Shown: positions 1 to 9,127 of the stretch, in pieces
Layout: every line of letters starts with the position of its first letter
Position numbering within the stretch: the first letter of the stretch is position 1
From: a virus
Taxonomy: Duplodnaviria; Caudoviricetes
Reading direction: 5' to 3' (one strand)
IMG/VR virus record: IMGVR_UViG_3300030118_003585
Span: 1-60,507 of that record
Length of the DNA: 60,507 bases
Notes under the pieces: model-generated
Told to the model about the DNA's origin: nothing
Database searches by the model: none
Seen by the model: the letters and a program-made list of their open reading frames with translations, nothing else
Position numbers and translations under genes: made by a program

Positions 1-1
1 A

Positions 2-121
2 AGAAAAATACAAATACTAACTGTTATGGAGCAAAGATCACGTTTTGGTAAAAAACCTGAACAAGCTCGTATAGCTAAAGCTTGCAAAAACTCAATACGA
101 AGAAAAAATGCCAAAAAGTAA
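2..121 (+). CDS. 3' part of a small basic hypothetical protein (truncated by window edge)
   Basis: Open frame RKIQILTVMEQRSRFGKK...NAKK* ending TAA at 119-121 and overlapping the next ATG. Confidence 0.6.
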   Translation, partial: RKIQILTVMEQRSRFGKKPEQARIAKACKNSIRRKNAKK

Positions 122-359
122 AGTTAAAGGTGGAGGTACTAGAAAAGTTTGTTTGCCATATGCAAAATACAAAAGCATGAGCAAAGCAGAACGTCAGAAA
201 GTTATAAACGCTAAACGTGCTGCTGCGGCTAAAGGAAAATACAGAAGATCTAGTAAATCAAACGTTAAGGGTGCAAGAAAAAAAGGTGCTACATTACGAG
301 ACTGGTTTGAAAAAGAAAACTGGGTAAATATTGCAACAGGTAGGCCTTGCGGAGAATAA
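108..359 (+). CDS. small Lys/Arg-rich hypothetical phage protein
   Basis: 83-aa ORF, tightly packed with neighbours. Confidence 0.7.
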   Translation: MPKSKVKGGGTRKVCLPYAKYKSMSKAERQKVINAKRAAAAKGKYRRSSKSNVKGARKKGATLRDWFEKENWVNIATGRPCGE

Positions 360-360
360 T

Positions 361-657
361 ATGAGTAGATTAGATAAATCAAAAATGAAGTGTAACGTTC
401 CTAGACGTTCACCTAAAGCTAATAAGAAAAAAGTTGTAAAAGCTTGTTCTGGTGGTAAAGAAAAAATTATACACTATGGACATAGCTCATATGGCCACAA
501 CTACTCATCTGCTGCACGTAAAAGTTTTAGAGCAAGACACAAGTGTGGCCAAGCAAAAGATAAATTATCTGCCAGGTACTGGGCTTGTAAAGATCTATGG
601 GCCGGTAAAGGCGGTAGTAAAAAATCTAACCCTAAAGGTGTTAGGGGTAAATATTAA
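361..657 (+). CDS. small basic hypothetical phage protein
   Basis: ATG at 361 just after the upstream stop; SFRARHKC...SARYWAC motif seen in aquatic phage proteins. Confidence 0.7.
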   Translation: MSRLDKSKMKCNVPRRSPKANKKKVVKACSGGKEKIIHYGHSSYGHNYSSAARKSFRARHKCGQAKDKLSARYWACKDLWAGKGGSKKSNPKGVRGKY

Positions 658-776
658 CTAATAGTTTTTTAATTTTATCCTTTACAGTTTTATTTTTCTT
701 GATAACAAAATCACCAATATCTTCGGTGTTTAATTTACTTCCTACATATAGATGATTTACTTCTTTAAAATAATCA

Positions 777-959
777 TCATTCATTATTTGAAGATAACTC
801 TTCTTTTTCTTCATTTGTATTTTTTGTTAAAACTTCTCCATCTGGATCTATAACTGTATAACCATAACCTGTTAAAACATTTATAGCTTTTTCTATATCT
901 TCAATTTTTTGTTTCATTTTTATTCTATATGACTCAAATATTTCGTTGTGTATTACCAT
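777..959 (-). CDS. hypothetical protein
   Basis: 60-aa ORF with A-rich leader at the end of the minus-strand operon. Confidence 0.6.
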   Translation of the reverse strand: MVIHNEIFESYRIKMKQKIEDIEKAINVLTGYGYTVIDPDGEVLTKNTNEEKEELSSNNE

Positions 960-970
960 TTTATTTAATT

Positions 971-1132
971 TTATTTATCTAATATTATTGCGACGTCTAT
1001 AAACGGTATGTAAAAAACATGTACTGTTTTATCATACTCTTCATAGGTTCTGAAACCTATTAAAAAACCTGGGTAAAACCCAAAGCTTATTTCCCAATTT
1101 TTACCGCCCTTGTCTATTGTATTTTTTGACAT
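971..1132 (-). CDS. small hypothetical protein (53 aa)
   Basis: Manual translation MSKNTIDKGGKNWEISFGFYPGFLIGFRTYEEY...; fills an operon gap. Confidence 0.55.
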   Translation of the reverse strand: MSKNTIDKGGKNWEISFGFYPGFLIGFRTYEEYDKTVHVFYIPFIDVAIILDK

Positions 1133-1238
1133 AATTTTTACTTGATTTTAATCGGCTAGTTTTAGATTTAGCATGTACACCAGGTCTTTTCTTTTTATGT
1201 TTTTTTCTGTATACTGCTAGATTAATTTTTTTAGCCAT
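1101..1238 (-). CDS. small very basic protein (45 aa)
   Basis: Manual translation MAKKINLAVYRKKKHKRKRPGVHAKSKTSRLKSSKNYVKKYNRQGR; start overlaps the upstream stop. Confidence 0.6.
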   Translation of the reverse strand: MAKKINLAVYRKKHKKKRPGVHAKSKTSRLKSSKNYVKKYNRQGR

Positions 1239-1689
1239 TTATTCTACTTAATTTAATTTTATTTACTACATCATCACACTCGTTTTGATTTTGTGGTTTA
1301 AATAATTTATAATTTGGAAACTGTTTGCTAACTAATAATTTAAATAACTTCCAACGCATTGGAAAACTTTCATTAGCCCTACCTTTACACTCTATTATAA
1401 AATCATCACCAATAAAATCAGGAGTATATTTTATAGGTAATATCCTTTTGCTACCCCTGTTTTTAAAAACGCCTTTGCCATTTGACATACGTTCAAAGCT
1501 TTCATTATTAAAATGAAAACCATTTACTAAAACAAAAGTTTCACCTTCGTATTTAGATTTTATTTTTGCTTTTTTTAAAGCACAATACATATATTTTTCT
1601 AACCCTGATGCAAATTTAATACCATCGTAGGTTACTTTTTTAGATGCTACAGGCCCTCTTTTTTTTCTTTTAGCGTAATTCACCCTCAT
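1231..1689 (-). CDS. T7 endonuclease I-like PD-(D/E)XK Holliday junction resolvase
   Basis: FASGLE...YE...YTPDF...IIECKG motif. Confidence 0.8.
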   Translation of the reverse strand: MRVNYAKRKKRGPVASKKVTYDGIKFASGLEKYMYCALKKAKIKSKYEGETFVLVNGFHFNNESFERMSNGKGVFKNRGSKRILPIKYTPDFIGDDFIIECKGRANESFPMRWKLFKLLVSKQFPNYKLFKPQNQNECDDVVNKIKLSRING

Positions 1690-1951
1690 AATTAGAGTGT
1701 TTATTACCAACCAACGCTGTTGCATAAGCTGGTTTTTTTAATTCTTCAATACATTTTTTAGCCGCTTCAATATATAATAATGCGTCCATTATTTCTTCTT
1801 GGACATCTACTAAAAAGTCCATAAGATCTTTGTCTTTATTATCTACTTCTTGCATCATAGTAGCTCCATATTTAGCTTGCCCTTTTAAACTTCTTTCGTC
1901 TATTTTTTTAAGTACTGCATGTACTATTTCGTCTTTAGTTTTTATTTTCAT
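1670..1951 (-). CDS. small MazG-like/all-alpha NTP pyrophosphohydrolase-like protein
   Basis: G-x-x-KYG...EEIMDALLY acidic helix motif. Confidence 0.5.
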   Translation of the reverse strand: MKIKTKDEIVHAVLKKIDERSLKGQAKYGATMMQEVDNKDKDLMDFLVDVQEEIMDALLYIEAAKKCIEELKKPAYATALVGNKHSNYEGELR

Positions 1952-2750
1952 CTTTTATAAATGTTCCGTTAATTATTTTACCTTTTCTATTTTTAATTTC
2001 ATTATATGCTTGAGCAATACAGTCTTCAATATAATAATTTTTTAACCTAGCTAAGTTTGTTAACACAACAACAATATCGCCTATTGCATCTTGTATTTCA
2101 TGTTCATCGTTTTCTAACAAAGCTTTTGAAAGCTCACCAACTTCTTCAACTAATTTAACTAACTGTGTTTTAGGATCACCTTTTTCATATATACCTTTTT
2201 CTTTAGCCCAGTTACGTATTAACGCAAATAAATCTCTATGCGCAGGTACTACATCATAATCTTTTACTTCTATATTTTTTATAGCTTCATTTTGCATTGT
2301 GTTACTTGTTTTATACCACTCTTTTAAAGCTTTATTATACACAAAACATCTGTTATCAGTAAATTGTGATTTTTTAGCATTAGTTAAAAGCCAATTTATT
2401 GTTTCAGTATTTAATTTATACTCAATATTGTCTTTAGAGTACCACGTATGATCTTCATGCATTTTTAAATACTCTTCAAGATTATTAATACTTACTGGAA
2501 ATGTTGTTGTTTGTTCTGTTGTGTTGATTTTCATGCGGTTTTTTCTTACATTTTTATATAACGTTTTATCTATTCTATATTGATATTGTTTTTGTAATTC
2601 AATTTCTTTTTCTGAAACTAAGTTAATATCATTTGTTTCTAATAATATTTCATATTCATTTTTTTTATACCCTTGTATTTTTTCTACCCTAATTTTAGGG
2701 TTAGTTGTAACACCTATTTTTTTGCCTGGTATATGATAAATATAATACAT
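1935..2750 (-). CDS. MazG-family nucleotide pyrophosphohydrolase with N-terminal GIY-YIG-like extension
   Basis: C-terminal KLVEEVGELSKA...DAIGDIVVVL motif; N-terminal YYIYHIPGKKIGVT. Confidence 0.8.
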   Translation of the reverse strand: MYYIYHIPGKKIGVTTNPKIRVEKIQGYKKNEYEILLETNDINLVSEKEIELQKQYQYRIDKTLYKNVRKNRMKINTTEQTTTFPVSINNLEEYLKMHEDHTWYSKDNIEYKLNTETINWLLTNAKKSQFTDNRCFVYNKALKEWYKTSNTMQNEAIKNIEVKDYDVVPAHRDLFALIRNWAKEKGIYEKGDPKTQLVKLVEEVGELSKALLENDEHEIQDAIGDIVVVLTNLARLKNYYIEDCIAQAYNEIKNRKGKIINGTFIKDENKN

Positions 2751-3395
2751 TTAATTTATTTTGTTATTATACAAGTGCAAGTTGTGTGCAAAATGATAAT
2801 ATGTGCCAACTTCAATATTTAACTTCTCTGCAACATATTTTTGTAATTGGCTAAAGCAGTACTGATCGTTACAAAAGCCATACCAGAGGTCATTAGAACG
2901 CATTACAGCGGCCATATTTAACTCATTATTTAATATTGTAAATTGTACTGCGTATGTACATGGTGTATCATAATCATAATCTAACATCTCTTTACCGTCA
3001 TAAATACTAATAGCTGCTTGCCTTGTGTTTGGTTTATTCTTTAATAAATTAATAACTCTATTTAATTGATCTTCTCTTCTCCATTGCCAGCCGTAATTAG
3101 AGTTTACATTACCATTTGGGAAAGCCATTTTTTGCCATATTGGCGGTACTTTACCATATATTTCACCTAGTTTTTTAATATTTCTATCGCCTGAAATATA
3201 CCATTTCCACTCGGCGTTTGCATAGCTTAATTTCCAAGCTCTTTCTTTATTTGTTATTGCATTAGCTAATGGATTATATATTGTGAAACCAACATTAAAC
3301 AAAGCTTTTGTATCACCATATTCTACGCCTTCAAGTATAATTTTATCTAAAAAATACTCATAAGCTTCGTTAGCATTATAAAATTTAGTCTTCAT
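2751..3395 (-). CDS. thymidylate synthase-family enzyme, dCMP hydroxymethylase/methylase type (T4 gp42-like)
   Basis: NSNYGW, catalytic PCT, MRSNDLWYGFCND with Asp at the dUMP/dCMP specificity position, H-L-Y near the C-terminus. Confidence 0.8.
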   Translation of the reverse strand: MKTKFYNANEAYEYFLDKIILEGVEYGDTKALFNVGFTIYNPLANAITNKERAWKLSYANAEWKWYISGDRNIKKLGEIYGKVPPIWQKMAFPNGNVNSNYGWQWRREDQLNRVINLLKNKPNTRQAAISIYDGKEMLDYDYDTPCTYAVQFTILNNELNMAAVMRSNDLWYGFCNDQYCFSQLQKYVAEKLNIEVGTYYHFAHNLHLYNNKIN

Positions 3396-3651
3396 TTAAT
3401 CTTTTATTATAATAGTACGTATAAAATTCATACATCTTTTGCCATATAATATTTCTTCTATATTTTTCTGGCGATTTATATTTTTTATTATTTATTTTTA
3501 TTTCTATTGACCATTTATCATTAAGTTTTGTTTCAGGAAAAATAATAATATTGTTCCGTAAACACCATAGTCTAGCTTCAATCTCTTCATTTGTAGGATC
3601 GTATTTACCATAATTAATTGTATTACTACCACGGTAATTCTTTTTCCTCAT
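3385..3651 (-). CDS. hypothetical protein
   Basis: 88-aa ORF coupled to both neighbours. Confidence 0.65.
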   Translation of the reverse strand: MRKKNYRGSNTINYGKYDPTNEEIEARLWCLRNNIIIFPETKLNDKWSIEIKINNKKYKSPEKYRRNIIWQKMYEFYTYYYNKRLNED

Positions 3652-5341
3652 CTGATATTATAGGTACAAATCTACCTGATCTTGGCTCCCATGTAAAATA
3701 AGCTTCTGCTCCATTAATACCTAAGTTCTGAAATTTTACTTTTAGAACTTTGACTTTTGTTGTTTTAGCTTCATAATCTCTATGTATTAACAAACCGTGA
3801 TAACTAGCATCATACCACTCGCCACCACCTTTGATGTTGTACATGTTTGGTTCGTCAATTTTACCTTTATCATTTTTATACATTTTTGTAGGGTGTGCTA
3901 CAATAAAAACTACAACATCGTATTTTTTACAAAATGTTTCAATTTTTGTTAAATACTCCATTGTATATTTGTTTATATCTTCCGTTTTAGCATTAGTATC
4001 TCTTATTTTATTATAAGGATCTATTACTAAACATTTAATACCTTTTCTTTTTACAAGCTCTGCACCTTTTGTTAAAACGTTCTCTAAACTAAACCTTTCC
4101 ATATTTAAAAAATAAAAGTTATTGTTTATATGATCTTTTATTTCTTTCCATTTATCACCGTCTATGTCAGATTTATTAGGCATGCCACCCCATATTTTTC
4201 TAAGTATTTTGTGTATATGTAAATAAATAGGTGCGTTTTCAGGGCTAGCAAATGCTGTTTTCCAACCATATTTCTGATTATAACCTATAACCATCTGATC
4301 TACAAAATCAGATTTACCAGAGCTTGGTATACCAGTGACAGTTATAAACTGTGCTGTATAAGTTGAAAATATTTTATCAAAGTTTTCTAAACCGACTTGA
4401 AAACCTGGTTTAAAACCATGCTTTACAAAATCAACAACTTGGTTTTCTATATCATTAAATGTAGTTACGTTTTCTAGTGGTACAGGTTTTGCAGAGTTTA
4501 ATATGTTAGCTAACGCGTCTTTACCATAAAGTAATAAATACTCGTTTGCATCTTTTGCTTCTTTAAAATCAAGTGTATAGCAAAACTCTGCGCCTAATCT
4601 TCTAATTAATTCTTTTTGTAAAGCTTTACCTGCTTTATCAGTGTCTAATGCTAAATATATTTTTTCTTTGTCAGTAAAATAATCAATACAATTATCTAAA
4701 TAATCTAAGTTGTTATTATTTATTGTTGCTCCATTTGGTACTGAAACTGAGTTTTTTAAACCAGCTTCATGAAAAGCTAAAGTATCAAGCTCACCTTCAG
4801 TTATTATACATGTGTTATAACCAACTATACTATTAACGTTATAAAAAACTTTTTCTGCTCCTTTATATAGCTTAAAGTTTTTTCTACCATCTCTATATTT
4901 AATATTTACAAGCTCATCACCAACAATATAGTTAAAGTTAATTGTGTTTACTTTTTTATTTACTTGTGGCATAAATTCAATGCTTTCAGTAATGTTAAAA
5001 TCATTTAATGTTTTATATGATATTTTTCTTTTCTCAAACCAGTTGTAAACTTTTTTACTTAATTCTTTTGGATCCTGAACATTAATTGCAGCAGGTTTAT
5101 TATACTCTTTGTTTGATTTACCTTTCCTTTGGTATGTATGAAGTTGATATGTTGTATTACAGTTGTGGCAAGTGCCTAAGCCAGTTTCCCAATCATATGA
5201 AGAACATTTAGCTTTACGGTTTTCGGGTTTTCTTTCGTGAGAACATAGTGGGCAAATGCCTTGTGATTTACCCACTTCAAGTCTATATTTGTTAAACTCG
5301 TCTATTAAAAAACCATTTATCTCAGTCTGGTTTACACTCAT
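3626..5341 (-). CDS. T7 gp4/Twinkle-like DNA primase-helicase
   Basis: N-terminal CPLC...CHNC zinc finger, TOPRIM (EGELD, DTDKAG, KDANE), Walker A GIPSSGKS, LVIDP, VAHP. Confidence 0.95.
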   Translation of the reverse strand: MSVNQTEINGFLIDEFNKYRLEVGKSQGICPLCSHERKPENRKAKCSSYDWETGLGTCHNCNTTYQLHTYQRKGKSNKEYNKPAAINVQDPKELSKKVYNWFEKRKISYKTLNDFNITESIEFMPQVNKKVNTINFNYIVGDELVNIKYRDGRKNFKLYKGAEKVFYNVNSIVGYNTCIITEGELDTLAFHEAGLKNSVSVPNGATINNNNLDYLDNCIDYFTDKEKIYLALDTDKAGKALQKELIRRLGAEFCYTLDFKEAKDANEYLLLYGKDALANILNSAKPVPLENVTTFNDIENQVVDFVKHGFKPGFQVGLENFDKIFSTYTAQFITVTGIPSSGKSDFVDQMVIGYNQKYGWKTAFASPENAPIYLHIHKILRKIWGGMPNKSDIDGDKWKEIKDHINNNFYFLNMERFSLENVLTKGAELVKRKGIKCLVIDPYNKIRDTNAKTEDINKYTMEYLTKIETFCKKYDVVVFIVAHPTKMYKNDKGKIDEPNMYNIKGGGEWYDASYHGLLIHRDYEAKTTKVKVLKVKFQNLGINGAEAYFTWEPRSGRFVPIISDEEKELPW

Positions 5342-5343
5342 TG

Positions 5344-5670
5344 TTAAAATGGTAGATCGTCGTCTTGTTTAACTTCATTAGTTTGTCCTGATTTTTTTGA
5401 CCAGTTTGTTGTTACTGGATTATCATTTCTACTAGCAACAAGTTGACCATTATCCCAAACAACTTTTGCATTACCTAAATATGTTTTAGTTTCTTTAGCT
5501 TCTCTTTCATCTTTTGTTTGTGCAACAGTAACAGGACCGTCATTACCAAACTGATCCGGTTCATCGTTTAAAGTTATTGTTATAGGTAAATACTTACCTT
5601 TTTTACCGTCGATAATTTTATCTTTAGGTATTGCAGTTAAATTTATACTTGTGTTTATAATTTGTGCCAT
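5344..5670 (-). CDS. single-stranded DNA-binding protein (putative)
   Basis: Small beta-rich protein with acidic C-terminal DDDLPF tail, between nuclease and helicase; start at MAQIIN. Confidence 0.65.
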   Translation of the reverse strand: MAQIINTSINLTAIPKDKIIDGKKGKYLPITITLNDEPDQFGNDGPVTVAQTKDEREAKETKTYLGNAKVVWDNGQLVASRNDNPVTTNWSKKSGQTNEVKQDDDLPF

Positions 5671-5680
5671 ATTATTTAAT

Positions 5681-6412
5681 TTATAATGTTTGTGTTTCAA
5701 AATACTGATCTGCCTCAAAACCTTTTGTCTTGTAAAACAAATCATAAATTTCAGTTGCTTTTACAACTTTATCTTCTCCAGACATATAAAATTCTGAACT
5801 GCACTCAAAGAGTACTATTTTACCTGTTGGTTTATCTATTGCTATAAATAACATATCATAACCAAAAAGCTTCATGTATATATATGCTTGTGAGTCGTAA
5901 TTATATCGTTTAGCGCTATACCTAAAATTAGATATATCATTTGTAGTCTTCAGATCAATTACTAATTTTTCATCGTGATTTATTATATCAGCTTTACCTT
6001 TCCAATAATTATCGTAAAGCATTGCTAAACCAGGTGCTTCGTGTTCTACTAAACCTTTGTTAATCAAGTGATTACAAGTTTCATTGTTTAATAGTTTTTC
6101 TGATAGTTTTTCTATGTGGTCAACTTCATGTTGTAATAAACAAAGTTCGCCACCAGACATTTCTTTATATAACTTCGTGTTCCTAGTTGCTGAAGGTATT
6201 ACTAGGTATTTTTTAAGCTTATCTGGCTCTAAAATAGCTGTGTGAAAATATCCACCAACTAAGAACGCCGAAGTCTTTTGTTGTTCTTCGTGTAATGCCG
6301 CTGGGTTTGTAAATAAAGTTTTTATATTACTATTACTTAAAAACTTCTGACCAAACTTGCCATAATAGTTTTTATCATCTTTAAGCTTTTCTAATGCTTG
6401 TTTGATGTTCAT
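5681..6412 (-). CDS. PD-(D/E)XK exonuclease (RecE/exonuclease VIII-like)
   Basis: LSNS, G-x-x-FHTAILEP, KGKAD, IDLKTT, YDSQAYIY motifs. Confidence 0.85.
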   Translation of the reverse strand: MNIKQALEKLKDDKNYYGKFGQKFLSNSNIKTLFTNPAALHEEQQKTSAFLVGGYFHTAILEPDKLKKYLVIPSATRNTKLYKEMSGGELCLLQHEVDHIEKLSEKLLNNETCNHLINKGLVEHEAPGLAMLYDNYWKGKADIINHDEKLVIDLKTTNDISNFRYSAKRYNYDSQAYIYMKLFGYDMLFIAIDKPTGKIVLFECSSEFYMSGEDKVVKATEIYDLFYKTKGFEADQYFETQTL

Positions 6413-6837
6413 TACAACTCTTGTGTATTAATTTTTTTAAACCTAGATGTATCTACAAAGTCTTCTGATTCATCTTGTCCAAATACACCAAGCGCGTAAA
6501 AACCTGTTAGCTTTAAAACTATACGTGACATTGCACGTTTTTCAGCCATAGCTAAAACATAACTTTGTCTACAGTTTTGTTCATTTGTTTCACCGTATGT
6601 TTGTATGTTACGATTATTCCACGATGCAGTAGCTTTTACAGCTGCAGATTTACCTGGATTATATTCTTGTAAATCATACTCAATATCTATATCAGCTAAA
6701 GCTTGTATTTTATCAATACCAGATCTCCTTATAATAGTCCAACCTTGTGGACTTTTAAACGTGTCTTCAGCTACTAAACCATATTTTTTATATAAGCTGT
6801 TTAGCATTTCAGAACGTTTTTGACTAGTTTTTTCCAT
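6412..6837 (-). CDS. putative ssDNA-annealing/recombination protein
   Basis: Coupled to the exonuclease; AMAEKRA-x-SR helix resembles Rad52/Sak-type annealases. Confidence 0.45.
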   Translation of the reverse strand: MEKTSQKRSEMLNSLYKKYGLVAEDTFKSPQGWTIIRRSGIDKIQALADIDIEYDLQEYNPGKSAAVKATASWNNRNIQTYGETNEQNCRQSYVLAMAEKRAMSRIVLKLTGFYALGVFGQDESEDFVDTSRFKKINTQEL

Positions 6838-6850
6838 AATTTAATTTTAA

Positions 6851-6883
6851 TATATTATATTGTTTACTTTGTATTATATCTGT
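6851..6883 (-). promoter_or_regulatory. phage promoter motif copy (ACAGA-N4-ATACAAAGTAA-N4-TATAATATA) upstream of the replication operon
   Basis: One of 11 equally spaced copies, each upstream of a minus-strand start codon. Confidence 0.8.
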
Positions 6884-7614
6884 TAATTAATAAAGTCAAT
6901 TATAAAATCACTATCAACAGTGTTTATTAATTTTTCAATAGCTTCTTTTTTAATTTGTGATACTCTTACAAAATCAGAACTACCAACTATATTTAGCAAC
7001 CCAGCTATTTTTTTAGCAGGTAGTTTATCACAGTCAAGACCAAAGCTCATACGCACGACATCATATTCTTTATCATTTAAATGTGTTTTCATTAAAGATA
7101 AAATGTATTTGTTAAGTATATTAATATTATACTCTTTTGATTTATCTTCGACATCTTTTGTCTCATCTATGTTTTTAAAAACAGAATTAAAAAACATTTG
7201 TACCATTTTACGATCTTCACCACTTTGTTTACGCAACTCATTTAATTTATGTTCTGGTATACGTATACCCCCTCTGTTTGTATCAACTGCTCTTCTCACT
7301 GCTCCGTTTATTCTTTTTTTTATAAAACCCTTAATCTGTCTTTCATATTCGTCTTGAGAGTTCATTACTGTCCAGTCAAGCCGATCCAAAGCTAATATTA
7401 AACCTATATTTGCTTCTTGCATTATATCCATTATGTTCATAATACCTGATGCTTTATCAGAAACTGAAAAGCTGCGCGCAATTGTCTCTGCAAAAGGTAT
7501 TAATGTTATTATTAGTTCTTTTCTAGTGTAGTCTTTCCAAGCTTTTTTTTTAGGCAAACAATTTTTTAAATCACGTTTGTATTTGATATAGTTTGCTAAA
7601 TTGTAGCTTTTCAT
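6883..7614 (-). CDS. RNA polymerase sigma-70 family factor
   Basis: Region 2 DIMQEANIGLI...KRINGAVRRAVD...IRIPEH; region 4 HTH KEYDVVRMSFGL...VRVSQIKKEAIEKL. Confidence 0.88.
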   Translation of the reverse strand: MKSYNLANYIKYKRDLKNCLPKKKAWKDYTRKELIITLIPFAETIARSFSVSDKASGIMNIMDIMQEANIGLILALDRLDWTVMNSQDEYERQIKGFIKKRINGAVRRAVDTNRGGIRIPEHKLNELRKQSGEDRKMVQMFFNSVFKNIDETKDVEDKSKEYNINILNKYILSLMKTHLNDKEYDVVRMSFGLDCDKLPAKKIAGLLNIVGSSDFVRVSQIKKEAIEKLINTVDSDFIIDFIN

Positions 7615-8233
7615 TTAGTGTTGTTTTTTCATTTTTAAGGCTTTTTTCCATATTTCTATATATTGTTCTTGTTGATACTTTTAAATATTCAGCAAGTTTT
7701 TTTATGGTAATTTTATCGCCATTATCATGAATATACAACATTATTTCATAAATATCACTATTGCTAACACTGTTTTTCCTACCTATTAAGCTACCGCTTA
7801 TTTTTAATTTTTCTATAACACTTAATCCAGTACCTTGTTTAAATATTATTTTTCTTAACCTATTTTTAGGTGCTTTATCAAATGTTTCAACTAAAACTTC
7901 TTTGATAATATTATCTATAATTTCTTCTTTAAATGTTATAGTTACAAAACCATTTTTTACGTTGGTAATGTATTTTATAATTTTTTTATACATGTCATCA
8001 TCGAGATCAAAATATGGATTATCCATGTTTAAATAATAAATAGTAAACATGTGCCATTTTAAAGATTTATAACTTGTAATCATACTTTTTGAGTGAAACA
8101 AATTATAAAACTGGTATGTTCCTTGCTCAAAAAACCAACCCCACCAATAAACTTCTGTAGGTTTATCGCTTATAGGTTCTTGTCTAGTTATAACTTTTAA
8201 ATTGTTTAAATATTCTAATCTGTTATGTGACAT
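7571..8233 (-). CDS. C-terminal HTH DNA-binding protein (possible replication initiator or regulator)
   Basis: ITIKKLAEYLKVSTRTIYRNM helix-turn-helix. Confidence 0.7.
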   Translation of the reverse strand: MSHNRLEYLNNLKVITRQEPISDKPTEVYWWGWFFEQGTYQFYNLFHSKSMITSYKSLKWHMFTIYYLNMDNPYFDLDDDMYKKIIKYITNVKNGFVTITFKEEIIDNIIKEVLVETFDKAPKNRLRKIIFKQGTGLSVIEKLKISGSLIGRKNSVSNSDIYEIMLYIHDNGDKITIKKLAEYLKVSTRTIYRNMEKSLKNEKTTLNEKLQFSKLYQIQT

Positions 8234-8269
8234 AAGCTTTTATACTCTACCTATTGTCATACTTTATAT

Positions 8270-8327
8270 AAAAAAAGATCCCCCTCGAACTATGGATATA
8301 AATAAGAAGGTCGTCGAGGAGGATCTT
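8270..8327 (-). terminator. intrinsic terminator-like hairpin with an unusually large loop
   Basis: AAGATCC..CCTCGA / TCGAGG..GGATCTT arms followed by a U-run on the minus strand. Confidence 0.6.
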
Positions 8328-8348
8328 AATAAACAACTAACTAAATTA

Positions 8349-8615
8349 TTAACCCTTCTTACTAATATCGTTTGATAATCTTTTTAATCTTTCTTGCACT
8401 CTATCTATTTTAGTTTTTATTAATGCAGCTTTTTCATATTGTTCAGATGACTCATACAAATTTAATAATGTGTGAAGTCTTGCCATCTCACCTAATAATT
8501 CTTCTTCTAAAGCTTCTACAACAAATTCTTCTTTTTGTTTTTGTAAAAGTTTTTTAACTATATATTCTGCTAGCTTGTCTAGCTGATCATCAGTAATATT
8601 AATGTTTTCGGACAT
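8349..8615 (-). CDS. small protein with UvrB/UvrC-like coiled motif
   Basis: EQYEKAALIKTKI motif. Confidence 0.6.
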   Translation of the reverse strand: MSENINITDDQLDKLAEYIVKKLLQKQKEEFVVEALEEELLGEMARLHTLLNLYESSEQYEKAALIKTKIDRVQERLKRLSNDISKKG

Positions 8616-8662
8616 TAGTGTTTGCTATACACACTAATATACTATATTTTTTTCTTATTTCA

Positions 8663-9127
8663 CTAATTATACAGATCAGGTGTTTCAACACAATACATAG
8701 CTACATCTTCCCACTTACCATATTTAACATCATTATTAACTAATAAGTCAATACTATTTTTATATCTTTTATTCATAACGTCTTGTACTTTCCAATAACC
8801 ATTGTACTTACCAACACCCGTTATGTAAACTATACTACCAAAAGGATAATCATCAAGTAAATCTCTAGATACAGCTAACCACCGATGCTCATATGGTTTA
8901 TCTTTTGTTATTTTAGCGCCTGACGCAGTAATCAATGGTGTATCATCTGTTTGCATTGGCACCGCGTTGTATACTGTTGCTGTTAATAAATAATTGTTTT
9001 TAAAACAATATCTAACTTCGATAGGCGGATAATTACACATATCAGAACACCAATCAGGAATAAATTGTTGTGCTTTATTAAAATAGCTAACAAGCATTAT
9101 TATTAGCGATATAATCATTTTATTCAT
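8663..9127 (-). CDS. secreted 3D-domain (MltA-like) cell-wall enzyme
   Basis: Signal peptide; TATVY...ITASG...LAVSRDL...PFGSIV...VQDVM...IDLL. Confidence 0.8.
   Translation of the reverse strand: MNKMIISLIIMLVSYFNKAQQFIPDWCSDMCNYPPIEVRYCFKNNYLLTATVYNAVPMQTDDTPLITASGAKITKDKPYEHRWLAVSRDLLDDYPFGSIVYITGVGKYNGYWKVQDVMNKRYKNSIDLLVNNDVKYGKWEDVAMYCVETPDLYN

Noticed and set aside
2751-3395. Plain thyA annotation
   Set aside because: The specificity residue is Asp and the motifs are closer to T4 gp42, so the symbol was withheld
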